NCBI GenBank assembly: GCA_036336685.1
Contig: JAYZFO010000008.1
Span: forward strand, 9,923 to 73,922
Origin: Pseudomonadota bacterium
GTDB lineage: Bacteria; Pseudomonadota; Alphaproteobacteria; MPNO01; UBA830
DNA length: 64,000 nt
Direction: 5' to 3'
Below the pieces are notes generated by a model. It saw only the letters and a list, made by a program, of their open reading frames with translations, did no database searches and was not told the origin of the DNA. A program made the translations under genes and the position numbers. Positions 55,234 through 64,000 of this stretch are shown here, one piece after another (the stretch's first letter is position 1; each line of letters starts with the position of its first letter).

Positions 55234-56126
55234 ATCATTTTTCCCAGTCTAAACCGGACGGTAAGACCAACGGTTAATATCAGTAGCAATGTCTTAACGA
55301 GGGGTAAGGCCGCGAGCCCAAACCATTGTAACATACTTAACGAAAAATCTGGAAACATCCCACCGCCAACACCTTCCCCGTGTGCCTGGACCATGCACAC
55401 TGCACCAACACCAGCCAAAAAACCTACAAGCGCGCTGGGACCTAACAATAATAAGGTTTGGATTTGAAATCTCTGAGCGACATATAGATCCGTTGCACCG
55501 ATAAAATATAGAACTTCAACAATATCATGATTAATAGCCAATCCGGTGCGTGTCGTAAGAATAACGGTAGCAACCACAGACATGATTATCACGGAGATGA
55601 CGGTAAAATAGATTCTTTGTACAAAATCAAAAAATTCCCTGACGCCGAGAAGCCAGTCAGAATGGTCGTCTAAAATCACACTGGGAGCTATTTTTTTCAA
55701 CTCAGATGACAATCCGTCTATATCGACGCTTTCACCAGGTAGGACCATTACGTCGACTAGGACAGGTAAAGGAAGATCTAGTTCAGAAATATCAGAACCA
55801 AGCCAGGGCTCCAGAAGTTCATCTACTTCTTTGTTTGAAACAACTTTTGCCGAAACAATTTTTGGATTTTTTATTAATAACGCTACAATGGTTTCTACGG
55901 CATTATCTTTTGCAGCTTTTGCTGGGATTTCTACTGTTAGAGTTCCAGACATATTTTTTTGCCAGGTATCCCCCGTACTATAAAAAAACATGCCTGCTGC
56001 TAACGCCAGGGTACTCACAAAAACAAGTAATCCAACAATGATTGGCAGGTAGCGACTAATTGGGTCACCCCGGAATGGAAGCAATCTATTGTGCATACTC
56101 CTAGAGGAACGCAGTGGACGAACCAC
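55230..56126 (-). CDS. ftsX: Cell-division ABC-type permease-like protein FtsX
   Basis: It has four TM segments with a large first periplasmic loop and lies downstream of ftsE. The start is ambiguous: the GTG at 56126 overlaps ftsE by 26 nt, while the ATG at 56096 lies 4 nt after the ftsE stop. Confidence 0.85.
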   Translation of the reverse strand: MVRPLRSSRSMHNRLLPFRGDPISRYLPIIVGLLVFVSTLALAAGMFFYSTGDTWQKNMSGTLTVEIPAKAAKDNAVETIVALLIKNPKIVSAKVVSNKEVDELLEPWLGSDISELDLPLPVLVDVMVLPGESVDIDGLSSELKKIAPSVILDDHSDWLLGVREFFDFVQRIYFTVISVIIMSVVATVILTTRTGLAINHDIVEVLYFIGATDLYVAQRFQIQTLLLLGPSALVGFLAGVGAVCMVQAHGEGVGGGMFPDFSLSMLQWFGLAALPLVKTLLLILTVGLTVRFRLGKMM

Positions 56127-56793
56127 TTATTCCTCCTTTCTCAACCCGAATTTCTGGATGCGGAAAACGGTGAACCAACTCATCATTATGTGTAGCCACC
56201 ACTATCGTAGTGCCATTCTTATTGAGTTCTTCCAGCAGATGCATCAGACGTACGGCAATTTCATCATCCACACTACCCGTGGGTTCATCTGCAAGGAGTA
56301 GTCGAGGGCGGGCGATTACTGCTCTAGCAATCGCAACCCGCTGCTGCTCCCCACCGGAAAGCGTCGTTGCTTTCGATTCAATTTTTTTCTCTAAACCTAC
56401 CCACCGTAATAATTCCGGAACATATTCACATATTTTAGATTCACTTACACCGGCAATTCGCAGAGGTAAGGCTACATTGTCTAGTGCAGACATATGATTA
56501 ATCAATTTAAATTCTTGAAACACTACTCCTATCTTTCGGCGAAGAGCGGACCGATCATCGCGAGTTAAACTCATAATATCCTTCCCGAAGATAGATATTT
56601 TTCCTTTTGATGGTCTATGTGCGAGAAACATCAATCGCATCAAGGAGGATTTTCCGGCGCCGCTCGACCCGGTTATAAAATAAAACGACCCAGCCGCTAG
56701 CTTTAAGCTAATCTCTCTCAATACCTCGCCACTAAGCGGGTAGCTCATACTGACGTTCTCAAAACACACAATATCTTCAAATTCATTTGCCAA
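56101..56793 (-). CDS. ftsE: Cell-division ATP-binding protein FtsE
   Basis: It has Walker A (GSSGAGKSS), the ABC signature (LSGGEQQR) and Walker B (LLLADEPTG). The start is uncertain (TTG at 56793 or an internal GTG at 56769). Confidence 0.9.
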   Translation of the reverse strand: MANEFEDIVCFENVSMSYPLSGEVLREISLKLAAGSFYFITGSSGAGKSSLMRLMFLAHRPSKGKISIFGKDIMSLTRDDRSALRRKIGVVFQEFKLINHMSALDNVALPLRIAGVSESKICEYVPELLRWVGLEKKIESKATTLSGGEQQRVAIARAVIARPRLLLADEPTGSVDDEIAVRLMHLLEELNKNGTTIVVATHNDELVHRFPHPEIRVEKGGISGSSTAFL

Positions 56794-56931
56794 AACCGCT
56801 ATTTCCTCATTCTATTCACACACAAGAATTCCCCGGGTTTTAGTATATTTCCTATAGGAGGGCCCGCGCATTTTAAATACTCAGAATCAGGTCCTCTTAA
56901 AAGGCTTCATGGCATAGGGTATTAAGAACGT

Positions 56932-57753
56932 ATGATCATTAGCTGTACCTCATGCGCCACACGATATGTCATTCAGGCGAAGGATATTGGGGAAAATGGC
57001 CGAGCCGTAAAATGTATAAAATGTAATTATTGCTGGATTATATCTAGCAACTCGGAAAAGCCGTTTTGGGTGACTAACAACAAGACCGGGGCGTATCCAT
57101 TATCTATATTCCCGGAAACCTATCTCGCCAAAAATATAGAGGACACTATTAATCCTGGTTCCACCCAGGATTACCAAAAAACAGCAGGTCAGGAAAATGT
57201 AGTGAGCCCAATTGGTCAACCTGGTCGGGTCAATCTAGAAAAAACTCCACCAAATGATGGTACTTCATCGTCTAAAATTAAAAATCTAACCACACAATCA
57301 AAATCAACCATTCGGGATAACAAACCAAATCGCCGGAAAGGTGTGATTGTATGTTTAGTTCTATTTTTCTTGTTAACAGGTACGTTAGGCGGTGCCGTTA
57401 AATACAGAGAATGGGTGATCACCTCCTGGCCTTCCGTCACTGAGGTGTATAGCATTATGGGGCTTACAATGCTTGTCCAGGAGCCTAAATTAAAAGTCCG
57501 AAATGTAACCTATAAATATCTAACTTCGGATACCCTGAAAATTCACGGTGAACTGGTAAGTGTCTCGAAGATATCCCGCGACGCGCCAACTCTTAAGATA
57601 GTATTTTTAGATGGTCACGGCATTGTGGTTCTGCAACGAAATTTTTCGCTATCACAAAATTTTATTAAGGCTAATGAAACGTTAAAATTCTCTACTGAAA
57701 TTAATAATCCACCAACTAAAGCCAAACGCATCGAGGTCGATGTAGCAAAATGA
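56932..57753 (+). CDS. MJ0042-type zinc-ribbon membrane protein
   Basis: The N-terminal MIISCTSCATRYVI...VKCIKCNYCW contains CxxC...CxxC. A low-complexity linker, one TM segment and a C-terminal beta-rich domain follow. It is divergent from ftsE. Confidence 0.7.
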   Translation: MIISCTSCATRYVIQAKDIGENGRAVKCIKCNYCWIISSNSEKPFWVTNNKTGAYPLSIFPETYLAKNIEDTINPGSTQDYQKTAGQENVVSPIGQPGRVNLEKTPPNDGTSSSKIKNLTTQSKSTIRDNKPNRRKGVIVCLVLFFLLTGTLGGAVKYREWVITSWPSVTEVYSIMGLTMLVQEPKLKVRNVTYKYLTSDTLKIHGELVSVSKISRDAPTLKIVFLDGHGIVVLQRNFSLSQNFIKANETLKFSTEINNPPTKAKRIEVDVAK

Positions 57754-58313
57754 CGGAATCCTCTGACAAACCAATGGAATACAATCTTTCTCAAATTGAC
57801 GTGATTTACGATGCGGAAACAATCGCCGATCGGATAGAGGTACTTTCGCAGAAAATTTCCTCAGATCTTCCGGAAGACGTTTTGATAATTGTTATATTGA
57901 AGGGAAGCTTTATTTTTGCTGCTGATCTACTCCGCGCGCTAGATTCGTCAGGAATGCGCCCGATGGTCGACTTCATAACCATCTGGAGTTACGGGGCTAA
58001 CACCGAAAGTACTGGAACTGTCAATTTGACAAGGGACATAACCGAAGATGTCCGCGACCGTACCGTATTAGTAGTTGACGACATCTTGGACACGGGCCGC
58101 ACACTTGCTTACGCGAAAAACTTAATGACTAGCCGCGGCGCAAAAACTGTCCATACATGTGTGTTATTAGACAAGGAAGCAAGACGCGAAGAACCAATCG
58201 AGGCAAACTACGTGGGATTCCCAGTTGAAGATGTTTTCGTTGTAGGATACGGGATTGACATGGCGCATCGGTTCCGAAGCCTGCCCTTTATTGGAGTGGT
58301 AAAAACTAGTTAG
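57750..58313 (+). CDS. hpt: Hypoxanthine phosphoribosyltransferase
   Basis: It has the PRPP-binding motif VLVVDDILDTGRTL, a KGSFIFAADL motif and VVGYGID. An ATGA overlap links it to the upstream gene. Confidence 0.9.
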   Translation: MTESSDKPMEYNLSQIDVIYDAETIADRIEVLSQKISSDLPEDVLIIVILKGSFIFAADLLRALDSSGMRPMVDFITIWSYGANTESTGTVNLTRDITEDVRDRTVLVVDDILDTGRTLAYAKNLMTSRGAKTVHTCVLLDKEARREEPIEANYVGFPVEDVFVVGYGIDMAHRFRSLPFIGVVKTS

Positions 58314-58370
58314 AAAACTGCTTATCCCTTTATTCATGATAAATTAACTGACAATGCATAATACCGTAGT

Positions 58371-59642
58371 CTACAGAAGACTAGACTGCCACTCGGGAAC
58401 GTAATCTTGCGCAATTAACCCCTCATAATCAGGCCGAGGCCTAATTACTGCGTATTCATCGCCGTTTACCATTATCTCAGGAATAAGTAACCGACTGTTA
58501 TAAGTAGAGGACATTACGGCACCGTAGGCACCAACCGACCTTAAAGCGATTAGTTCATCAGCCTTAATAGGCGGCATGGCTCGCTGAACTGCAAAAATAT
58601 CGCCGGTTTCGCAAACGGGACCTACAATATCTACCGGTACCTTTGGGATATTTTTCGGGCACTCTCTTATTGGATCGATATTATGCCAAGCATCATAAAG
58701 TGTAGGCCGCATTAGGTCATTCATCGCCGCATCAACTACCAAAAATGTGCGCCCTCCACTTTCTTTAATGTAAATGACATTTGTGACTAGTATTCCCGCA
58801 TCACCTGCAAGGCGTCGCCCGGGTTCAAATATCAATTCCAATTTATAGTGCCCGAGAACTTCGCCCACTACTTGGGCATACTCCGCCGGTGTCGGCGGCC
58901 GTTCGTCGCTATATACAATACCTAAACCACCACCAAGGTCTAGTCTGTTCACAGACAAACCTTCGGCCCGAATCTCTGTTACCAGCTTTGCAATTTTATC
59001 AAAGGCCGCCTTAAACGGAGCCAACCCAGTAAGCTGGGATCCAATATGTATAGCCAAACCGGCCACCACCAAGTGGGGATTATTGTTAGCTTGTCGGTAA
59101 ACCGTAAGGATTCGATCATATTCGATACCAAATTTATCGCCCGCGCGGCCCGTAGAAATTTTGTCATGCGTATCAGCATCAATATCAGGGTTAACACGTA
59201 ACACGACAGTAGCAGTCTTGCCTTTCTGCGCTGCAATACTGGCTAAAATTTCCAACTCTGGTTCAGATTCGACATTAAATTGGCCACAACCCAAAGACAA
59301 CGCGGTGGCAATTTCTGATCGTGTCTTACCAACCCCAGAAAACACAATCTTATCCGTCGGCACACCGGCGGCTTTGGCGCGACGCAGTTCCCCTTCTGAA
59401 ACCACATCGGCGCCTGCACCGAGATTTGAAAACAAGGAGATGACAGCCTGATTACTGTTTGCTTTAACCGCATAGCAGATTTGGGCATTCAGCTCACTAA
59501 AAGCATCACGAAATTCTGTATAATTTTGGCTGAACGTCTCTGTCGAGTAACAGTAGAACGGCGTCCCCACCGACGCTGCTAAATCAAGAACTGAGATATC
59601 CTCCGCATGCAGGGTTCCGTTACGATATGCGAAGCTATTCAT
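58371..59642 (-). CDS. lysA: Diaminopimelate decarboxylase
   Basis: It has TPFYCYS, the PLP lysine context YAVKAN, HIGSQ, GGGLGI and CETGD. I prefer the ATG at 59642 (MNSFAYRNG...). The ORF-track extension to 59732 overlaps the small lipoprotein ORF. Confidence 0.92.
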   Translation of the reverse strand: MNSFAYRNGTLHAEDISVLDLAASVGTPFYCYSTETFSQNYTEFRDAFSELNAQICYAVKANSNQAVISLFSNLGAGADVVSEGELRRAKAAGVPTDKIVFSGVGKTRSEIATALSLGCGQFNVESEPELEILASIAAQKGKTATVVLRVNPDIDADTHDKISTGRAGDKFGIEYDRILTVYRQANNNPHLVVAGLAIHIGSQLTGLAPFKAAFDKIAKLVTEIRAEGLSVNRLDLGGGLGIVYSDERPPTPAEYAQVVGEVLGHYKLELIFEPGRRLAGDAGILVTNVIYIKESGGRTFLVVDAAMNDLMRPTLYDAWHNIDPIRECPKNIPKVPVDIVGPVCETGDIFAVQRAMPPIKADELIALRSVGAYGAVMSSTYNSRLLIPEIMVNGDEYAVIRPRPDYEGLIAQDYVPEWQSSLL

Positions 59643-59655
59643 TACGTTTAGGCCC

Positions 59656-59796
59656 TTATTTAGGTTTGGGGTACTGTGTTGGAAACTGCGGCGCACCCTC
59701 AGGCGGTGCGACTTCACCAGGCTTTTTTCCACATCCGAGCAAAGATCCCAAAAACACAGTGACTACTATAAGTGAGACAAAACCATGAAGCTTCAT
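59656..59796 (-). CDS. 46-aa lipoprotein ORF between argH and lysA (below the ORF-track cutoff)
   Basis: My own translation is [46 protein letters not shown]. It has a signal peptide with lipobox LLGC. Its ATG overlaps the argH stop (ATGA). Confidence 0.6.
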   Translation of the reverse strand: MKLHGFVSLIVVTVFLGSLLGCGKKPGEVAPPEGAPQFPTQYPKPK

Positions 59797-61220
59797 AGTC
59801 CGAAGCGTTTCTTTGCGCTGGTAAGTTGCTCACGGACATTTTTCGGCGAAGTTCCCCCGTAACTTGTCCTGCTATTTACCGAATTTTCCATACCTAATAC
59901 TTTATACAATCCCTCAGTGATCCGATTATCAATACCCTGCAAGTCTTCCAAGGAAAGGTCCTCTAGGTCGCACTTCTGCCCTATCGCCATATTAACAGCT
60001 TTGCTTGCGATTTGGTGGGCCTCACGAAATGCCACACCACCCTCACGCACCAACCAATCGGCAAAATCGGTAGCACAGGTGTAGCCCTCACTTGCCGCAT
60101 GCACGAGCTTATCGCGTTGAAATGTCAAATCGCGGATCATACCGGACGCTGCCGACAAGCACATCAACAAGCTGTCGACCGCATCAAAAACGGGCTCCTT
60201 GTCCTCTTGCATATCCTTGGAATATGCGAGTGGCAGCCCTTTCATCACGGTAGACAGCGCAACAAAGGCACCGACAACCCGTCCTGTTTTTCCCCGAATC
60301 AATTCCGCTGCATCCGGGTTTCGTTTCTGGGGCATCATGGACGAGCCTGTCGAAAAGGCGTCTGAGAGTTTTACAAATTGAAATTGCGCTGATGACCAAA
60401 TCACGAGTTCTTCCCCAAGACGCGATAGGTGTCCAGCACAAATTGCGGCTGCGGCCAAAAATTCGACGACAAAATCTCTATCTGAGACGGCGTCTATGGA
60501 ATTCGCCATCGGTCGATCAAAACCGAGTGCTTCCGCAGTCATTTCTCGGTCAATCGCAAACGAGGTCCCGGCAAGAGCGCCCGCACCCAGAGGAGATTCA
60601 TTTAGTCGCACTCGGGCGTCACTCAGGCGCCCACGATCACGGCCAAACATTTCAACATAAGCCAAAAGATAGTGCCCGACAGTCACAGGTTGCGCCGCTT
60701 GGAGGTGGGTGAAGCCTGGCATTACCCAATCTGCATGCATTTCTGCTTTTGAAACCAACGCGGATTGTATTTCTGCCAAGCCCTTGTCCGTTTCGTCGAT
60801 GGCATCTCTAAGCCAAAGGCGCAAGTCTGTCGAAACCTGATCATTTCGGGACCGCGCAGTATGAAGACGGCCAGCAGGTTCACCAATCAACTCGGTGAGC
60901 CTTGCTTCAATATTCATATGTATATCTTCTAACTCGGTTTTAAACTCGAAGAGACCCTCTTCAATTTCCAAACGAATAGCTTCCAGCCCATCACAGATTT
61001 TTGTTACGTCGGTCTGTTGCAAAATTCCGGCCTCACCGAGCATATTTACGTGAGCAATGGACCCGCGGATATCATACGAATATAACGCCTTATCAAAATT
61101 GATAGAGGCGTTAATTTTCTCCATAAGGACATCCGCCCGCCCCCTAAAGCCTCCTCCCCACATTGGGTTGGGTTCACCTTGGGAGCCTTTTGTGCCATCA
61201 AGATATTTTTTGTCACCCAT
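59793..61220 (-). CDS. argH: Argininosuccinate lyase
   Basis: It has [25 protein letters not shown] and the signature [12 protein letters not shown]. The start is uncertain (61220 preferred; 61238 and 61163 are possible). Confidence 0.92.
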   Translation of the reverse strand: MGDKKYLDGTKGSQGEPNPMWGGGFRGRADVLMEKINASINFDKALYSYDIRGSIAHVNMLGEAGILQQTDVTKICDGLEAIRLEIEEGLFEFKTELEDIHMNIEARLTELIGEPAGRLHTARSRNDQVSTDLRLWLRDAIDETDKGLAEIQSALVSKAEMHADWVMPGFTHLQAAQPVTVGHYLLAYVEMFGRDRGRLSDARVRLNESPLGAGALAGTSFAIDREMTAEALGFDRPMANSIDAVSDRDFVVEFLAAAAICAGHLSRLGEELVIWSSAQFQFVKLSDAFSTGSSMMPQKRNPDAAELIRGKTGRVVGAFVALSTVMKGLPLAYSKDMQEDKEPVFDAVDSLLMCLSAASGMIRDLTFQRDKLVHAASEGYTCATDFADWLVREGGVAFREAHQIASKAVNMAIGQKCDLEDLSLEDLQGIDNRITEGLYKVLGMENSVNSRTSYGGTSPKNVREQLTSAKKRFGL

Positions 61221-61236
61221 ATTTTGTTTCAAACCC

Positions 61237-61839
61237 ATGTTTACAGTAAAGAAAAAGAAGGCCCTAAATAACTACGCCGCTATCAACTTGGCGATAATGG
61301 CGATTATTGCGGCCGTTTCAAGCACATACGCAATAGCGGGGCCAAAAAACAGTGCACCCCTCAAAGGTGAATTAACCCATTTTAAACCCGCATTAAGTAT
61401 TATTAATGCACCTGACACTCCATTTACAGACGGATACGGACAAAAGTTTACCTTAAGAAACTATCGCGGACAGGTGATTCTTGTAAATTTTTGGGCAACC
61501 TGGTGCGCACCGTGTATAAAAGAAATGCCCTCCTTGGAACGACTACAAAATAAATTTAAAGGTTCTAGTTTGAAGGTTTTAGCCATCTCTGTGGACCATG
61601 GGGGTTGGGCAAAAATTAGCCCTTTCGTAAAAAGAATGAGCTTAACTAACCTCTCAATTTTTCATGATGTCAGCTCAAAACTTATGTTTAGACTAAAAGT
61701 AAAAGGCTTGCCCACAACAATCCTGTTTGATGACGAGGGAATAGAACTTGGCAGATTAACGGGGCCCGCTGAGTGGGATACAGACGAAGTAATCACGCTG
61801 ATAAAACACCATCTTACCAAGCAAACATTCAAACGTTGA
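61237..61839 (+). CDS. TlpA-like periplasmic thiol:disulfide oxidoreductase
   Basis: It has an N-terminal anchor, then the thioredoxin motif [16 protein letters not shown] prefer the ATG at 61237; the ORF-track start at 61057 is antisense to argH. Confidence 0.8.
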   Translation: MFTVKKKKALNNYAAINLAIMAIIAAVSSTYAIAGPKNSAPLKGELTHFKPALSIINAPDTPFTDGYGQKFTLRNYRGQVILVNFWATWCAPCIKEMPSLERLQNKFKGSSLKVLAISVDHGGWAKISPFVKRMSLTNLSIFHDVSSKLMFRLKVKGLPTTILFDDEGIELGRLTGPAEWDTDEVITLIKHHLTKQTFKR

Positions 61840-61845
61840 AAAAGG

Positions 61846-62919
61846 TTATTCAACCATCCTAACATTAGTCCCTACAGCATCATTAACCGACTTAAAACCG
61901 TCTTTAGCTAGCAAAAAAGCGAGTTCGTGTTTAATTTGCGGAATCAATAACGGTCCTCTGAATACGAGCGCGGTATAAAGCTGAACCAGGGACGCGCCGG
62001 CCCGTATCATCGCGTATGCATCCGCGCCAGAGGCGATACCGCCAGATCCTATAATTGGCACCTGCCCCTCCGTCCGCTTATACATATCTTCTACCATCAT
62101 TATCGCCAGCGGAAAAAGCGGCGCTCCACTGAGCCCGCCGTCTTCCCTGGCCTTAGGGTCCCGTAAACCTGTAGGCCGAGCAACTGTAGTGTTGGCTACA
62201 GTTAATCCATCTATCTCATATTCAGTAATTACCGATGCGATATCTGCTCTTTCCTCATTCGAAAGGTCGGGTGCGATCTTCACGACAAGCGGCGGGTGAC
62301 GACTTGCGTCGCTTACTGCCCTTGCTCTGGCACCTTTGGCTCTTTGAATTAGCTGTATTAGATTTTCTCGGTTTTGCATCGTTCGGAGCCCCGGGGTATT
62401 TGGAGACGAAATATTAATCACCAGATAGTCCACATATTTTGCTACGGCTTCGATTCCAATTTCATAATCACCAGCGCCATCAATCGTCTTCTTGTTCTTG
62501 CCAACGTTTGCCCCCAATAAGCCTGCCCCTTTGTAGCGGGTGGAAATACGTCGAACATAAGGGGACAACCCCGTGCCATTAAATCCGAGCCGGTTAATGG
62601 CTGCTAGATCTTTATTTAGTCGGAACATCCGCGGTTTAGGGTTTCCCTTCTGTGGCAGCGGTGTGACGGTCCCAGCCTCAACAAAACCAAATCCCGCTGC
62701 GAGCATTCTATTTGATACTTCTGCTCCTTTATCAAAACCAGCAGACAACCCAACCGGGTTAGGAAAATTTAGCCCCCACACCGATGTGGCCAGGGATGGG
62801 TCATCTGGCGTTCGGTCCTTGGGACCCAAACCCAATGATAATGCCTTTATTGTTAATTTGTGGGCGGCTTCAGGAGGCAAACACCGCAAGGCGCGTAGAA
62901 TAAAAGTATAGGGACTCAC
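61846..62919 (-). CDS. pyrD: Dihydroorotate dehydrogenase (quinone), class 2
   Basis: It has NPVGLSAGFDK, GFVEAGTVTP, NISSPNTPGLR and GGIASGADA. It starts at a GTG with an AAGGAA RBS. Confidence 0.92.
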   Translation of the reverse strand: MSPYTFILRALRCLPPEAAHKLTIKALSLGLGPKDRTPDDPSLATSVWGLNFPNPVGLSAGFDKGAEVSNRMLAAGFGFVEAGTVTPLPQKGNPKPRMFRLNKDLAAINRLGFNGTGLSPYVRRISTRYKGAGLLGANVGKNKKTIDGAGDYEIGIEAVAKYVDYLVINISSPNTPGLRTMQNRENLIQLIQRAKGARARAVSDASRHPPLVVKIAPDLSNEERADIASVITEYEIDGLTVANTTVARPTGLRDPKAREDGGLSGAPLFPLAIMMVEDMYKRTEGQVPIIGSGGIASGADAYAMIRAGASLVQLYTALVFRGPLLIPQIKHELAFLLAKDGFKSVNDAVGTNVRMVE

Positions 62920-63025
62920 AAACTCATTCCTTTTTCAGCGTAATTTGGCATAAGGATTTCCACAGAAGCTCACATTTCACTCTGGCCGGATTGATTGCAG
63001 TCGTAAACCCCACTATATCGTCTTG

Positions 63026-63490
63026 ATGGTGGAAAGTTCTGACATAAACGAAACGACGCAAGACATCATTGGAGAATTTTCTTTTTTCGATGATTGGATA
63101 CAACGCTACGAGTACATAATTGAAATGGGTAAGGCCCTAAAGGGGCTTCCGGAAGATAAGAAAGACGAAGCACACAAGGTTGCGGGTTGCCAGTCACAGG
63201 TCTGGTTTTACGCCACTCAACAAGGCGACAAAATAAATTTTGATGCAGACTCTGATGCAATGATAGTGCGGGGCTTGATAGCGCTGTTATTACGAGTTTA
63301 TTCAAATCGTACACCCAAAGAAATTATGAATACTCCGGCCGAATTTTTTGAAGTGCTAGATTTAGGCTCTCACCTGAGCGGAAGCCGCGCAAACGGCTTG
63401 CACGCCATGATCAAGCGAATTCACGCATACGCAAAAGCGTACGAACACGAGCAAAAAAGCAGAACAATCTCACCCGAGCAATTATCTTGA
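63026..63490 (+). CDS. sufE: Cysteine desulfuration protein SufE
   Basis: It has FDDWIQRYEYIIEMG and the active-site Cys context VAGCQSQVW. It is about 154 aa. Confidence 0.85.
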   Translation: MVESSDINETTQDIIGEFSFFDDWIQRYEYIIEMGKALKGLPEDKKDEAHKVAGCQSQVWFYATQQGDKINFDADSDAMIVRGLIALLLRVYSNRTPKEIMNTPAEFFEVLDLGSHLSGSRANGLHAMIKRIHAYAKAYEHEQKSRTISPEQLS

Positions 63491-64000
63491 TCGACCGGCG
63501 GTCTATCACGTGGAGCAATGGTGATTGGATAGAAGGCAATCAACCAATCCTAGGGCCAATGGACCACGCATGGTGGATGGCGTCATCGGTCTTTGACGGT
63601 GCACGAGCATTCGGAGGTTGCGCGCCAGATTTAGACAGACACTGCGCTCGGCTAATAGAATCCGCAGAGACGTTTAATATGACAACGCCGCTCAGTGCCG
63701 AGGAGATCACCGCACTTGCATGGGAAGGAATTAAACAATTTCCAACGAAGGCCGAACTTTATATCCGCCCTTTGATGTATTTTAAAGATGGTTTTGTGAC
63801 ACCCGATACTAGTTCTACATGTTTCATTCTGACGATATTCGAGGCCCCATTACCCGAGTGGCGCGGGATCACAGCAACAATCTCTAGTTTTCGTCGACCC
63901 GCTCCCGAGGCAGCACCAACAAACGCAAAAGCTTCATGCCTTTATCCAAATGTTGGGCGGGCCTTAGCAGAGGCTCGAGCCGAAGGATATGATACGGCTG
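63487..64000 (+). CDS. Class IV (branched-chain amino acid type) aminotransferase, 5' part (runs off the window)
   Basis: It is not in the ORF track because it is open-ended. My translation from the TTG at 63487 is IDRRSITWSNGDWIEGNQPILGPMDHAWWMASSVFDGARAF...LYIRPLMYF...NAKASCLYPN, typical of fold-type IV aminotransferases. The TTG overlaps the sufE stop (TTGA). Confidence 0.78.
   Translation, partial: MIDRRSITWSNGDWIEGNQPILGPMDHAWWMASSVFDGARAFGGCAPDLDRHCARLIESAETFNMTTPLSAEEITALAWEGIKQFPTKAELYIRPLMYFKDGFVTPDTSSTCFILTIFEAPLPEWRGITATISSFRRPAPEAAPTNAKASCLYPNVGRALAEARAEGYDTA

Noticed and set aside
1-64000. A scan of the window for tRNA/rRNA genes, CRISPR arrays, IS elements, integrases, prophage genes, toxin-antitoxin pairs or defence-system genes.
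   Set aside because: I recognised none. There are no repeat-spacer periodicity, no T-loop-like GGTTCGAATC motifs in spacers, and no transposase, recombinase or nuclease/ATPase defence-type ORFs. This is a visual scan only, so short or degenerate elements could have been missed.

Overview
This is a gene-dense chromosomal segment with about 75 CDS. I saw no rRNA, tRNA, CRISPR array, integrase or transposase. Gene content and synteny look alphaproteobacterial, probably a streamlined marine lineage of moderate-to-low GC; this is inference from synteny, not a database hit. Supporting blocks are petABC, DUF1285-Nudix-cca, metXW, ftsEX with an MJ0042-type zinc-ribbon gene, argH-lipoprotein-lysA, and prs-rplY-pth-ychF. 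Most of the window is core housekeeping with very tight packing: many ATGA/TAATG start-stop overlaps and several convergent gene pairs that abut or overlap. The one clearly accessory, functionally unassigned block lies at about 25.4-37.9 kb. It consists of two convergent operons. The plus-strand operon encodes a TetR regulator, a PaaA/PaaB/PaaC-like diiron acyl-CoA epoxidase, a PaaD split into two separate genes, no PaaE reductase, a nitroreductase-family flavoprotein, an atypical crotonase and an arylformamidase-like hydrolase. The minus-strand operon encodes an alpha/beta hydrolase, an MBL hydrolase, a luciferase-like monooxygenase, a VOC/epimerase-like protein, an acyl-CoA synthetase and a 309-aa protein of unknown family. 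The minus operon starts 45 bp downstream of phaR. I regard this block as the best candidate for an undescribed CoA-dependent oxygenolytic catabolic system of unknown substrate. Secondary observations are TGC-N3-GCA palindromes in the 690-bp phaR-phaA spacer, a chorismate mutase fused to a shortened PDT/ACT-like region in a translationally coupled hisC-tyrC operon, tandem paralog pairs (2 DMT transporters and 2 FAH-family enzymes), and two small ORFs below the ORF-track cutoff. All family assignments come from motif recognition by eye; no searches were run.
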